Of a DNA stretch of 64,000 bases, positions 45,950 to 57,686 are shown one piece after another. The stretch spans positions 1 through 64,000 of the forward strand of contig LT649240.1 of assembly GCA_900128395.1 (NCBI GenBank), read 5' to 3'. The position numbers and the translations under genes are program-made. Position 1 is the stretch's first letter. Each line of letters begins with the position of its first letter. Origin of the DNA: Stramenopiles sp. TOSAG23-2 (taxonomy: Eukaryota). The notes below the pieces were generated by a model. The model had not been told where the DNA came from. It did no database searches and saw only the letters and a list, made by a program, of their open reading frames with translations.

Positions 45950-46157
45950 TTTTAATACATTTTATACTAATGATGTGATGGTTAAAATCTAAAGTTATAA
46001 TATATAATAATATATAATAATTTTACTTCCCGTGCTATCATAAGTAATGTATGCTCAATACATTAATTATCATTATCATATCATACTCAATCTCAAGAAT
46101 AATATTCTATATCCTAATAATATCATAATAGTAAAGCTCTAATGCACCTCTGCAAAC
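45950..46157 (-). repeat. Dispersed repeat family, copy 2
   Basis: The reverse complement begins gtttgcagaggtgcattagagctttactat, identical to 62154 onward, and ends tagattttaaccatc. Confidence 0.8.
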
Positions 46158-46569
46158 TAATACGACGTACATTTTTTTATACAAATTTTGTATTTTTTTA
46201 AAATGTTTTACGAAGAGTGGTATTATTAAAAAACCATGTTTACGTTCGTATTTTTGATATCATACGGCCGCTGTGGCCTGGAGAGTAAAATAATTCCTGA
46301 TTAAATGTTTCTCAATATTTATATATATCATTGATACGGTAAAATACACTTTTCCTCTCTTCCTTTGTCTAAAAGATATGTACACAACACACAAAATTTT
46401 AAATAAAATTTTAACCTCTCCTCATATCACACCCATCTTCTTCTCCGGGAAATTTATGTAAATTTTGTCTTATCATATATCATCTTTCTCTCTGATAGTG
46501 GGATATCACACACATACCATGTATTTAAATACACTATATTAATAAATATTCAATATTCATAACATTTTC

Positions 46570-47646
46570 TCACAAACTACTATTATTACCATTCAACGAT
46601 ATAACAATTTGACCAATAAAATTGCCACTTTCCATCAACTCAAATGCTTTATTTGATTGACTAAATGGGAATACGGCATTTACAACAGGTTTAATACGAT
46701 GTTCAGCAATACATTTATTCATGTCTTCAAAATCTTCTCTGGAACCAACAGAGATACCATTCATGCGAATTTGTTTGATAAAAAATTGTACAACATTAAT
46801 CTTTGCTTCTACACCTTCAAGTAACCCAATAACAGCTAATGAACCATTATTATTCAATGCCATCATGGCTTGATCTAAAGTTCCAGCACCTCCAATTTCC
46901 AATACATGATCAGCACCACCAAAATCTTTCTTTGCTTTTTTACCCCAATCTTTATGCTCCCGATAATTAATTGTATAATCAACACCTAGCATTTCTTTCA
47001 CTTGTTTCAATTTATCATCTGATGATGATGTGCATATGACTTTTCCTCCGAGTGCTTTTGCAAATTGTGCACCAAAGATAGAAACCCCTCCTGTACCTTC
47101 CACCAATAATGTCTCACCCTTTTTCATTCTTCCTTCTGTAACTAAACCTCTCCAAGCTGTTACACCAGCACATGGTAAAGTAGATGCTTCTTCATCACTT
47201 AAATGCGATGGTACAACTACCACATTGTCTTCTGACAATAACATAGATTCACACAATGCACCAGGAATACCTTTGGTATTCCCAAGCGCAAATGCATTTG
47301 CACGGTTAGAATCAGTTATGTAATTTTGTGTGAAGATTGGGCATACTCTATCACCAACTTTTACACGCGTGACTTTTGATCCAACTGCAATGACCTTTCC
47401 GACAGCATCAGAACATGGAATCCAACCCCCCTTACGCGAACCTTGTATACCAAATGTATCACGATGATTTAAACATACAGCTAATACTTGTATGACAATT
47501 TCATGATCTTTCGGTGATGGAACTTCTGGTAAAGTTGTTAATTTTAAATTGCCTATACCGTTTCCTTGTAATACAACTGCTTTGCCACCAGCAATTGCGG
47601 ATGGTGCAAGCCAATCTGGCAAACTTGGATTAATAACTGATTGCAT
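46570..47646 (-). CDS. NAD(P)-dependent medium-chain dehydrogenase/reductase (zinc-ADH-like)
   Basis: LNHRD, IPCSDAVG, LPCAGVTAW, GTGGVSIF, GISVGSR. Confidence 0.92.
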   Translation of the reverse strand: MQSVINPSLPDWLAPSAIAGGKAVVLQGNGIGNLKLTTLPEVPSPKDHEIVIQVLAVCLNHRDTFGIQGSRKGGWIPCSDAVGKVIAVGSKVTRVKVGDRVCPIFTQNYITDSNRANAFALGNTKGIPGALCESMLLSEDNVVVVPSHLSDEEASTLPCAGVTAWRGLVTEGRMKKGETLLVEGTGGVSIFGAQFAKALGGKVICTSSSDDKLKQVKEMLGVDYTINYREHKDWGKKAKKDFGGADHVLEIGGAGTLDQAMMALNNNGSLAVIGLLEGVEAKINVVQFFIKQIRMNGISVGSREDFEDMNKCIAEHRIKPVVNAVFPFSQSNKAFELMESGNFIGQIVISLNGNNSSL

Positions 47647-48384
47647 TGTTTTTCCGCGTGATTTTCTACTTTCTTTTTTATATATATATATTCACTATAT
47701 CTATCCTTTCCTACCATCACATCTATTTATTATTTGATGATAAAAAAGATATTATGTGTGGTAAGACTCAACAAAAAAGAATGAAGTGGTGCACCTGTGT
47801 TGTGGTGCAAACTGGTATATTCACTATATCTATCCTTTCCTACCATCACATCTATTTATTATTTGATGATTAAAAAGATATTATGTGTGGTAAGACTCAA
47901 CAAAAAAGAATGAAGTGTGCAAGTGGTGCACTTGTTGTGTGGTGTCGCTACCACACCGTATAACAGGCATATTGGCAAACGTGGCATTGTATCTTTCCTC
48001 ATCATGGTTATACCAGGTGCCCAGGTATACTAATGCTATACTCATAGAAGTGTGACCATCAATATAGATAATCCAGTAATCATTGGGATCACATCATACT
48101 ATACATACACATTTATATAGATCTTATGTGTAAGAGAGAGACAAGATCATCATATAGTACCATAGATATATATATATTATCATATAAATAATTATTATAT
48201 AAATTCATTCTAGTGATATATATATATATACATACACATTTATATAGATCTTATGTGTAAGAGAGAGACAAGATCATCATATAGTACCATAGATATATAT
48301 ATATTATCATATAAATAATTATTATATAAATTCATTCTAGTGATATATATATATATATATAAATTGTATCATTGAATAGTAATA

Positions 48385-49593
48385 ATGAGTACACAAGAAA
48401 TAAAAGGTTATTTTGAAAAAAGAGCACGTAGTTCTGGTAGAAATTGGAAAAAACGTTGGTTTGTATTTTCACCATTACGTAATGATAAAAGTGCAACTAT
48501 AACTTATTACAAAGATGAAAAGACGGAACTTGGACAAGGAAAATCAAAGGGCAAGATTGAATTGAACTCGGAGACCGTGATTGGTGTATTGGCATTGCGG
48601 GATTATTGCTTTGAAATCGTACCCGGTGGTGGTGAAGCACCTTTAATTATTGCAGCTGATAATTCTGTTCAATATACCAACGTGTTAAAAATGTATGCTT
48701 GTTTTGTACATAGTCAAAGAGTTGGTTATTTAATGAAACGTGCAAGGCATAGTGGACGTAATTGGAAAAAAAGATGGTTTGTATTAGATTTTCACGATCG
48801 TAAATTATTTGTATTTGATAATGAAAAAGATGCTGTATCAACCAAAAAAAAGCGAATTGCAGATCTTGCAAAGGATACGATAGATTTTAACGACGATGTG
48901 GTTGTTCATCCATCAGGTTTAAAACAATATTGTATTGAAATTTTGCCTGGTGAAGGGGAAGTATCATTGTTTGTAGCTGCATTAAGCAAAAACGATTATG
49001 CAATGTGGCTTGCTGCATTTGCGCGTGCGTGTTCCGAGAAAGCATCTGGTAGAAAAGCAACTGTACTTCGCACACCAGAGGAAGAACAAGCGAAAGGTAT
49101 GAAACGCGTATTAAGTGAAAAAGGAAAAGGATTATTGCAACAAGCAAATGGTGGGCCACCACCACCACCATTGCCAGGTCCAAATTCTCCCCCACCATTA
49201 CCAAACAACAACAAGTCAAACGAACCACCACGCTCAAGTTTACCACCACCACGAAGAACAAATGGACCACCACGTAGAGTTAATGGAAGTATTCCACCAC
49301 CTAGGAGAACTGCACCGGTACGCAAAACATTAAATGCCAGGGGGCCACCACCAATGCCAACTAGAAAAATGCCACCACCAACAAGAGCTAATAGTGGTGG
49401 TGGTTCACCATCCTTTCTGTCTGGAATACAAAATTTTAGTAAAGGCGCATTAAAACATGCAGAAACAGTAGATAAGAGTGGCCCAGCAATAAAAAAGAAA
49501 TCAAGCAATGGCGGTGGCGGTGGTGGTATGGCTGATATGTTAGCAGCTAGATTAGCCAAACGAAGAACACAATTAGGTTCAGTTAGCAGGTAA
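48385..49593 (+). CDS. Tandem PH-PH, proline-rich, WH2 protein (probable actin regulator)
   Basis: Two GY..KRAR.SGRNWKKRWFV PH starts; polyproline; FLSGIQNFSKGALKHAETVDKS (WH2). Confidence 0.85.
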   Translation: MSTQEIKGYFEKRARSSGRNWKKRWFVFSPLRNDKSATITYYKDEKTELGQGKSKGKIELNSETVIGVLALRDYCFEIVPGGGEAPLIIAADNSVQYTNVLKMYACFVHSQRVGYLMKRARHSGRNWKKRWFVLDFHDRKLFVFDNEKDAVSTKKKRIADLAKDTIDFNDDVVVHPSGLKQYCIEILPGEGEVSLFVAALSKNDYAMWLAAFARACSEKASGRKATVLRTPEEEQAKGMKRVLSEKGKGLLQQANGGPPPPPLPGPNSPPPLPNNNKSNEPPRSSLPPPRRTNGPPRRVNGSIPPPRRTAPVRKTLNARGPPPMPTRKMPPPTRANSGGGSPSFLSGIQNFSKGALKHAETVDKSGPAIKKKSSNGGGGGGMADMLAARLAKRRTQLGSVSR

Positions 49594-50244
49594 AAAAAAA
49601 AAATAAATCAGAAGAGAAAAAGCGAGAGAAAAAGGTCATTATTAAAATATCTAAAGAAATGTTTGATGTACTTTTAGTATACCCTTAATCGTACTAAAAT
49701 GTAAAATTACCTATATAAAAATATATATTTATTTATTAGAACCAAGAAACCCGTAATGTGTGGTTTTGTGAAAAGAAAAATACACACAGACTTTTTCCAA
49801 AAATCAATAGCTCCACTAGTATTATACTAGAATATAGCACTATTACAGTAGCAAGCCCTAAGGCAAGCTAGAGCTAGCCTGATAGATATATATTGTGGGC
49901 TATATTATAATAGCCTGGCCAGCTAATAGCTATAATATAATAGCCTGGAATTAATTTTTCAAATAAAATACACCCTCTGTATCTGCACCTCTACCTTTTT
50001 TTTTGCTTTTTTTGATGCGACGATACTAGACGTTAATTTATTTATATGAAAAATAACAAAACATATATTACACTCAAGCATTAATCTAATCATAATGAGT
50101 ATATAATAAAATAAAATATAATGTTTCTTTTAAATCAATAATTTCATAATATTTTTTTAATTATATAGTTTTTCTACGTCAGTAGTAATAGTAGTAGTAG
50201 TAATAGTAATAGTAATAGTAGTAGTAGTAGTATTGGTTTCAACA

Positions 50245-51408
50245 ATGTCTGATAAATACAAAGTAAATACTGGGAAAAAGAAAACAAATAATGATGCTTT
50301 AATGGCGGAAATAAACCAACAAGTTTATTTACATATACCAAAAGGTTTGGCACCAGCAAAAATAAAGTCGTATGTCTTTGAGCATACTTTGAATGGCCAT
50401 AAAAAAGCAGTCTACTGCTGCGCATTCGAACCAACAATTGGGTTTTTAATTGCAACATGTTCACACGATATGACTTGTGTCATTTGGGATATAAGAAATG
50501 GCTCTCGTGTACGCACGTTAAAGGAACATGCTGGATGGATTATGCATTTGGCATGGACGCCAGATGGTAATTTTTTATTAACTGCATCTGCGGATAAAAC
50601 CATCAAAATGTGGACTGTACACAAAACGTTTGTATGGGGCGACTTTGAATGCGTTCATACATTTTTGGGCCATACTGATATAATTATGGGTTTATCTATA
50701 ACACCGGATTCGTCTCAATTAATATCATGTAGTAAAGATAAAACATTGCGTGTATGGGATTTAAAAGATGCTGTAAAGACAATGTTGCGTAAAGAAACAG
50801 ACAGGGCACAACTATATTGTATAAAAGGTAACCCGGAGTATTATGATGGCCACTCATTATCTATAATGAAAGTGTGTGTAAATCCAAATGGCACTGATTT
50901 TATGTCAGTATCCGAAGATATGACAGTCAAACGATGGATGTTATCAACAGGGGAATTGCTATTAACATATACTGGTCATACAGAGCCTATATTAGGATTA
51001 GATTTTCGATATGATGGCGTATTTTTAGCGACAGCATCTCACGATAAAACTGTTAAATTATGGGACGTAGAAAACGGCCGATGTGCACTCACTTTAAGAG
51101 GTCATAAAGATGCTGTTTACGATGTAAAATTCACTAGCCCATCCAATAAAGGGCGTTTTTTAATATCATGTGGCCATGATAGTCGTATTATTGTATGGGA
51201 TAGTAAAAAAAATTTTGATTTATTACATATAGTGAAATCGCACCTAGGATGGGTATTGTGTCTATCAATTTCACCGGACGGATATCGGTTTGCATCAGCA
51301 GGTGGTGATCATAAATGCAATCTGTACATAGGTCGAAACCGCTCATGTAATGAATGTTGTGGTGAATGTTGCTTTGATTGTCGTCAGTGTTGTAGTATTT
51401 GTTGTTAA
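50245..51408 (+). CDS. WD40 repeat protein with Cys-rich tail
   Basis: About seven GH...WD repeats; C-terminal CNECCGECCFDCRQCCSICC. Confidence 0.9.
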   Translation: MSDKYKVNTGKKKTNNDALMAEINQQVYLHIPKGLAPAKIKSYVFEHTLNGHKKAVYCCAFEPTIGFLIATCSHDMTCVIWDIRNGSRVRTLKEHAGWIMHLAWTPDGNFLLTASADKTIKMWTVHKTFVWGDFECVHTFLGHTDIIMGLSITPDSSQLISCSKDKTLRVWDLKDAVKTMLRKETDRAQLYCIKGNPEYYDGHSLSIMKVCVNPNGTDFMSVSEDMTVKRWMLSTGELLLTYTGHTEPILGLDFRYDGVFLATASHDKTVKLWDVENGRCALTLRGHKDAVYDVKFTSPSNKGRFLISCGHDSRIIVWDSKKNFDLLHIVKSHLGWVLCLSISPDGYRFASAGGDHKCNLYIGRNRSCNECCGECCFDCRQCCSICC

Positions 51409-51951
51409 AATTAAAAAGTAACGGCATCATGTATATATATGCATATGCAATTTTTGTCTTTTTTTGTAAATTGCTACTATATGATAATAATTGTATGATA
51501 TCCTCTCTGATTAAATACAATTTTAATTTATCATGCGTAGAGAATACCTTTCGTACGACGTTATGAATTCGATGTTATGTAAAAAAGAAAATATTTTAGA
51601 ACTACACATACACTTTTACGGATATTGTTACTTTATAGCAAAGAAAGAGAGGCAGTGTTGTAAGGGGGCTTAAATAAAATTGTGTACACACATGTGTGTA
51701 TATACTCTATGATTAAAAAAATTCTAACTCGCGCGTATGGCGCGTATTTTTGTATTTTTTTACGAAGAAATATAGCGACTAAAATTTTTTATAATATCTG
51801 AATATAATTATTTTATTTACAATCCAAAAATTTAATTGTGTATCTACGATGCATAACACTTATTGAAAAACGGAGGTGTATATATATTTAATATACTATG
51901 TACGAAAATGTTTTCAGAAATATTGATGATACATGTTTTACAAATCTATTA

Positions 51952-52179
51952 CTATAAATCCTTATCAGTTATAAATCGATTACCTTCTTGTTCTTTTCCA
52001 TCTCCCCCTCTATCTTTTAATGATTCCGGTGCTTTTCCATACCTTCCTTGTTTTGGTTCATTTTTACTTTCATCGTTAGCTGCTGGTGTTGTTGGTGGAG
52101 TGAATTTACCTGGTTTTCCACTACCATCACCATCTGCTTCTTTCCTCTCTGCGCCCCCGCACACAGCTAGATTGCCCAT
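51952..52179 (-). CDS. Small hydrophilic protein, possibly dually acylated
   Basis: ATG-initiated 75-aa ORF in a gene-sized gap, with MGNLAVC N-terminus and coding-like composition. Confidence 0.55.
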   Translation of the reverse strand: MGNLAVCGGAERKEADGDGSGKPGKFTPPTTPAANDESKNEPKQGRYGKAPESLKDRGGDGKEQEGNRFITDKDL

Positions 52180-52685
52180 GTTTTGGTGCCTACTCTAATT
52201 TGTATATATTGAACCCAACTGGTTGGATATAACTCATACTATTTATATTATTTTTATTTGTGTGTAATAATTATTGTAAATCTATGTTTTCTTCCTCCTC
52301 CTTATACCAGGTATTAGCTAGCCAGCTAGTGCTATTTAGTGCTGTGTGATTTTTCAATGAGTAAGTTTATTATTTTTTGGCATGAATTTAGCATTTAGCA
52401 TTTTTGGTAAAAAAGAAGATATAGGGAACCAGTAGCCTCAGAATACAAAGAAGTGCACAAAGTATACGAAATCGAACAAAAAGGCAGTTACAATTTTAGT
52501 CTATATTTAATTATTCAAGAAAATCACTACGAGAAAAATAGAAAGAATGTATATATCTACATGGTTTATAATATAGATAGATATAAAACTTCCATAGGTA
52601 TCGTATATATATTATATTTGATAGAGATATAAACTACATAATATTATATAGAAAGGAAATAGATTTTATAGTGAAAAAAAAAAAG

Positions 52686-53690
52686 ATGAACAATGATGTG
52701 ATTAATATCAACGAAGATTTGCCTACTTCAGATCAATGGTTATTATCACAAGGTGTTATTATGCAAGACCCAGAGAAAGCTATTAATAATTTAATACATC
52801 GTGCAAAATCAAAGCAAGTCACGACATTGCGTGAAAAGGGGTTTATGGAGCATCAGAATGGTAATTATGACGAAGCTGTCGAAATATTTAAAAAAGCAAA
52901 TGAAATTGAAAAAGAAAAGCAAACTATAAAACATCAAATATCACCACGTTTACAAACACCACACGTAAATAATAAAAGGAAGAAAACAAATAATAATAAA
53001 AAAATGTTACAAAATAATGGAAAAAAAGTCGTTGTATTTACAGAACAGCCATTATTTGGATTTACAAAAATGGAAAAAGGCAGTATTGTTGGCAATGAAA
53101 GTAGTAAATATAACCCAGAAACAAGTCATTTAAATGCTGGAATATCACCAAGAGCAACAAGTGGTGTAGTAAAAACGGAATCATTTTTTGCACGTAGTGC
53201 ACAGGAAAGAGAAAAATATACAAAATATTTATTAGAAAAAAAACGTATAGATGCAATAAATATAGAAGAAATGAATAGAAAAAATAGAAATAATAATAGA
53301 AGACAACTGAGAAAGAAAAAACTTAGTGGTATAGAAAAAAGAGATTTGAAAGAAAAAAAACATCAACGTGAAATTCAAAAATTATATGTTGCAAATGGAT
53401 GTTTATTAAATGATAATAATGGGGCGCCATATAATTTTGTTGATGATGGTGATGATATTAATAATGATATGAATAATAATGATATAAATAACCCAAATTA
53501 TGCTAGAATTGGCGGCGTGAATATAAAAACAGGCAAAAGATATTATAGGAGGAAAGGGCAGAAAAAAAGAGGGGCAGGGAAAAACAGTAAAGTTTTACAA
53601 ATCCCATCTGTAAATAGATTAGAACAAGGAAGCAAAGAATTACCACGAGGAATAAGAGATGAATCATTAATATTAAAAAATGAAAGGTAA
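52686..53690 (+). CDS. Hypothetical basic protein with one TPR-like helix pair
   Basis: LREKGFMEHQNGNYDEAVEIFKKANEI; long open frame. Confidence 0.6.
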   Translation: MNNDVININEDLPTSDQWLLSQGVIMQDPEKAINNLIHRAKSKQVTTLREKGFMEHQNGNYDEAVEIFKKANEIEKEKQTIKHQISPRLQTPHVNNKRKKTNNNKKMLQNNGKKVVVFTEQPLFGFTKMEKGSIVGNESSKYNPETSHLNAGISPRATSGVVKTESFFARSAQEREKYTKYLLEKKRIDAINIEEMNRKNRNNNRRQLRKKKLSGIEKRDLKEKKHQREIQKLYVANGCLLNDNNGAPYNFVDDGDDINNDMNNNDINNPNYARIGGVNIKTGKRYYRRKGQKKRGAGKNSKVLQIPSVNRLEQGSKELPRGIRDESLILKNER

Positions 53691-53937
53691 AAAAAACATT
53701 TTTAATTTTTATTTTCGTATGATGCATATATGCATTTTAAATGGATAAAAATGTGAGATCTATGCATATCATATATTATAATATATTATTCTCTTACTCA
53801 TATATTATATATATAAATTTCTTTTACTCCCGGAAATTAACAGCAGCATATAGCATATATCATACTCGTATATTTAGCTCGTATATTAGTAGTACAGATG
53901 TAGTATGTTGTATTTTTTTAATTATCATAATATTTAC

Positions 53938-53971
<34 letters not shown>

Positions 53972-54137
53972 TTTGTTTGGCAAATTTATACGCTCGTACA
54001 TATATATATATATATATATATGTTCATCGTACGTACATCTTGTTACAATTTAACACACACACACACTTTGTTTGGCAAATTTATACGCTCGTACATATAT
54101 ATATATATATATATATGTTCATCGTACGTACATCTTG

Positions 54138-54830
54138 TTACAATTTATTACGACTGTTATATCTCTCTACATATTTCATACCACTAGTATACGTATTTGG
54201 CACATGTTTTTCATATGCTCTTTTAAAACTATCTCTTGCACACATTCTTCCTAAATAATTATTCACATAGGAAAGATCATCTTTATACCATCCTAATGAT
54301 TTTGCCCATAAAAATGTATGCGTACATAAAATATCCAAACCTGTTATACTATCTCCAAACATGTATTGATTACTCTCCAGCACTTTTGTATAAATTGGAA
54401 ATTGCTTCTCAAAATATGTTTTAGCGGCATCAACAGCAGTTGGTGCTTCACCATAAATATGTTTTAATCCAATATGTTTACGATGCATATACAAACTTTG
54501 TGCATCAATTTCAATTACAAGGGTATAACATAAAGCATCATATTTTGCTCTTTCTTTTGACCCAGCTTTTGGAATATAATTTCCTTTTCCATACTGATCA
54601 CACAAATAGTTAACAATTACAGCACTTTCATTTAATACGAAATCATCATCAACTAAGGTAGGTACTTTACCATATGGATTCACTCCGGACATATATTCTG
54701 CATAATCTTTCGTATTTTTTGCTGCTCCTACACGTGGATTAATTGGTATCAATTCATATTCTAATTCCAATTCCTCCAACATGAATAAAGGCCTTGCTGT
54801 TCTCATAAATGGTGCCCCAAATAATTTCAT
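54138..54830 (-). CDS. Glutathione S-transferase
   Basis: NPYGKVPTLVD, LNESAVIVNYL, YMFGDSITGLDI. Confidence 0.9.
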   Translation of the reverse strand: MKLFGAPFMRTARPLFMLEELELEYELIPINPRVGAAKNTKDYAEYMSGVNPYGKVPTLVDDDFVLNESAVIVNYLCDQYGKGNYIPKAGSKERAKYDALCYTLVIEIDAQSLYMHRKHIGLKHIYGEAPTAVDAAKTYFEKQFPIYTKVLESNQYMFGDSITGLDILCTHTFLWAKSLGWYKDDLSYVNNYLGRMCARDSFKRAYEKHVPNTYTSGMKYVERYNSRNKL

Positions 54831-55452
54831 TATGTGTAATTTTCTTGATTCTGATAATGCATTAAATATATGATCTACGTCTTGTATATCTATTTTATAC
54901 AAAACTATTTGCTGTTCTCATAAATGGTGCCCCAAATAATTTCATTATGTGTAATTTTCTTGATTCTGATAATGCATTAAATATATGATCTACGTCTTGT
55001 ATATCTATTTTATACAAAACTATTTCTCCACACATACGAGGACACACCTCGTACACATATATATATATCTATTGATTGTTCAATTATACTGTAGAAAAGA
55101 TCTATATATGTTTTTTTCTTCTCCTCTCTCTCTGGCGGCGCTGTGGTAAGACGGTAAAGGATTAAAGGTAAATAGCATTGTAACTGGATCATTTAAGGTT
55201 TATAATTCTTAGGAGCTTCTCTCTCTGTGGTGCACAATTTTATAATATTATTTTTTAAATAAGTAAACGTTTTTTATTATTATTATTTGTTAGATACATG
55301 TACATATATTAAAAATACGTTATGTGTACACATATCTCAATAAAATATATGTGTAGATATATTATTATACATATAATCACATATATACAAAGATAAAATC
55401 ATAGAAACAATACAAAAACAAAATAAAATTAGTGTAAAATAATAATTAAAAG

Positions 55453-56439
55453 ATGAGATCATGGAGGGAATGGACACCACCATGGGAAGCCATGAGAAGA
55501 AGACGAAGAAAGAAACAAAAGAAACAACAACATGTAAAAAATAAGAATAGGAAAAAATTAAGATCGTATGAGGAACAATTTGAAATAGATATGAAACCAC
55601 CAACACCAAAATTTGTTCCTGTTGAAACGAAAAAAACAACGCATCATCCAGATCCATTATTAATTGGACCAGTTGGTGAAGCGCCTACAACAATTTTTCC
55701 AAAAGTTGCACCATTTCATTAAATTGTAATGCATAAATCGTACATGTTTTTTATACCAAAATGTAAAATAACGATCGTAACATATCATTTTATATAATGC
55801 ATCTGCACGATAATTCATTTGCATCATCGTTTTCCCTTGTGCATATTTGATATAATAATCTGTCTTTGCTCTATCTCTTAAAACAGCACGTTCCACTTGC
55901 ATATTAGCAAATTCTTCCAATTTCGAATCAAATTGTATTCTTCCAGCTTCTGTATGTGGCAACGGTAAAACATTTGATGCATATTTTTTAATCTTTTCAT
56001 CAACAAAAGTGACATCTTCACCAAGCTGCGATTTTTCAATCGTTTCCGTATTATATCGTGTATTTTGCCTTAATTGTAAATTTCGTTTATTTTGATAAAC
56101 ATTTTTTACAATTTGTGGTGTTTTTATTGTACGTGTACTATTAAACAATGCCTGTCGATGATTTCGAGACAATGATTCTCGTTTGGAAAATACATGATTA
56201 TTCGGCGGTCTCTCTACATTATCTATGTATCTATAATTTTGTTTTCTTGCTTGTCGTTTAATTTCTTTTAATTCTTTATTTTTTTGTACAACATGTGATG
56301 CTATATGGCGTTTATAATTATATCCTTGCCTTGTATTTAATCGAAATGGTGGTGGTTCTTTTAATGGTAATTTATTTTCTTTAGACGATTAAAAGATGCA
56401 CAAAAAGTGGCAATGAAATCCAATCCATTTCTTAGTTAA
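55453..56439. CDS. Hypothetical protein, apparently split by an internal inversion (55720-56388)
   Basis: The + ORF 55453-55719 stops abruptly. An ATG-less open frame runs on - from 56388 to 55720. A short open + tail spans 56389-56439. Confidence 0.45.
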
Positions 56440-56864
56440 AAAAAATTACCTTGTGTTAGAATTAGGGTTACAAAGATCGCGTGAAATTTAGAAAAAAAGA
56501 AAAGCCACATTTTTTTTCGCGATCACGTTGAAGTATACTGGTATACAAAAAGTGTAGCTATTTATCATTACGCACATTGTCTCCGTATGCGTGCGTGTGT
56601 TGTAAATACTTTTATTATCTTGTCTTTTTACATATGTGTGCATTCATCTTTTAAGAGAATCTATATATATAAACTTTTCCACACACTTTAATATTTTTTA
56701 TCTTCTAAAAAGAGTATATTTTTTAATTTATTTTATTTTTTTTATTTTTAAATTATTTACATCTCATTTACGCGCTCTAAGCACGTACATCCTGCCAAAA
56801 ATTTTGTGTCTTACATACATATACTTTTAAAATTACATTTTACATTTCTTAATCCATATGGAAC

Positions 56865-57686
56865 TTATGGTGACGTCACCTTTTGCTCATTATTTGGTTG
56901 GTATTTACTCAGTGCGGCTTCTACACCAAATGTTTTATTCAAAAATGGACGTACATCATCTAATGGTTTCAGTCTCTTCACAAAATTTTCTAATATACTC
57001 AATGCATTATCTCTGCAATTACCATACCAACTTAAAATTGGCACACCATTTCTAGGTTGTGGTAAAAATGACATTGGGTTGTTATCTACAAGTATCGTAC
57101 GCGTCATATCGTTTTGGTCACATACTTTGGTCAAATCCTTTACAAACGTTTTGCCTTTAAATTTGGTACACTCCGTGCGGTAATAGCATCCAATGAAAAT
57201 TTCTTTCTTTGGATCTAATAAGTTCAAAATTGGTTTAGCATAGTAACTTTCAGATGCTGTGAAAGCATATACATCATGTTCCAACGCTAAGTTTCTCAAG
57301 AAACGATCTACGCCAGGGCGTTTTCTAACTACCACGTCGTGCAAAGTGCCATCAAGTGCTTGGATTTTCACCAATATTCCTTCCACTTTGTCACTACGTT
57401 TCGATTCATTGCTACCATCCATGCCAGTACGTAATTTTGCTACGTTCTCATTGACTTCTGCATGAATCAGTGTCTCATCAATATCAAGTACTACTTTTAA
57501 TCTTTGTGTTTTTTTAATATTACTGCCGCTATTGTCTCTACCAGACACGCAACAGACATCATTGAAGACTTCTGCATGAATCAGTGTCTCATCAATATCA
57601 AGTACTACTTTTAATCTTTGTGTTTTTTTAATATTACTGCCGCTATTGTCTCTACCAGACACGCAACAGACATCATTGAACATCAT
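56865..57686 (-). CDS. FCP1/SCP-like (NIF, HAD) CTD phosphatase
   Basis: VVLDIDETLIH, RKRPGV..FL, FTAS...YA, VKDL, LVDN. The N-terminal 38 aa are duplicated in frame (likely artefact). Confidence 0.92.
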   Translation of the reverse strand: MMFNDVCCVSGRDNSGSNIKKTQRLKVVLDIDETLIHAEVFNDVCCVSGRDNSGSNIKKTQRLKVVLDIDETLIHAEVNENVAKLRTGMDGSNESKRSDKVEGILVKIQALDGTLHDVVVRKRPGVDRFLRNLALEHDVYAFTASESYYAKPILNLLDPKKEIFIGCYYRTECTKFKGKTFVKDLTKVCDQNDMTRTILVDNNPMSFLPQPRNGVPILSWYGNCRDNALSILENFVKRLKPLDDVRPFLNKTFGVEAALSKYQPNNEQKVTSP

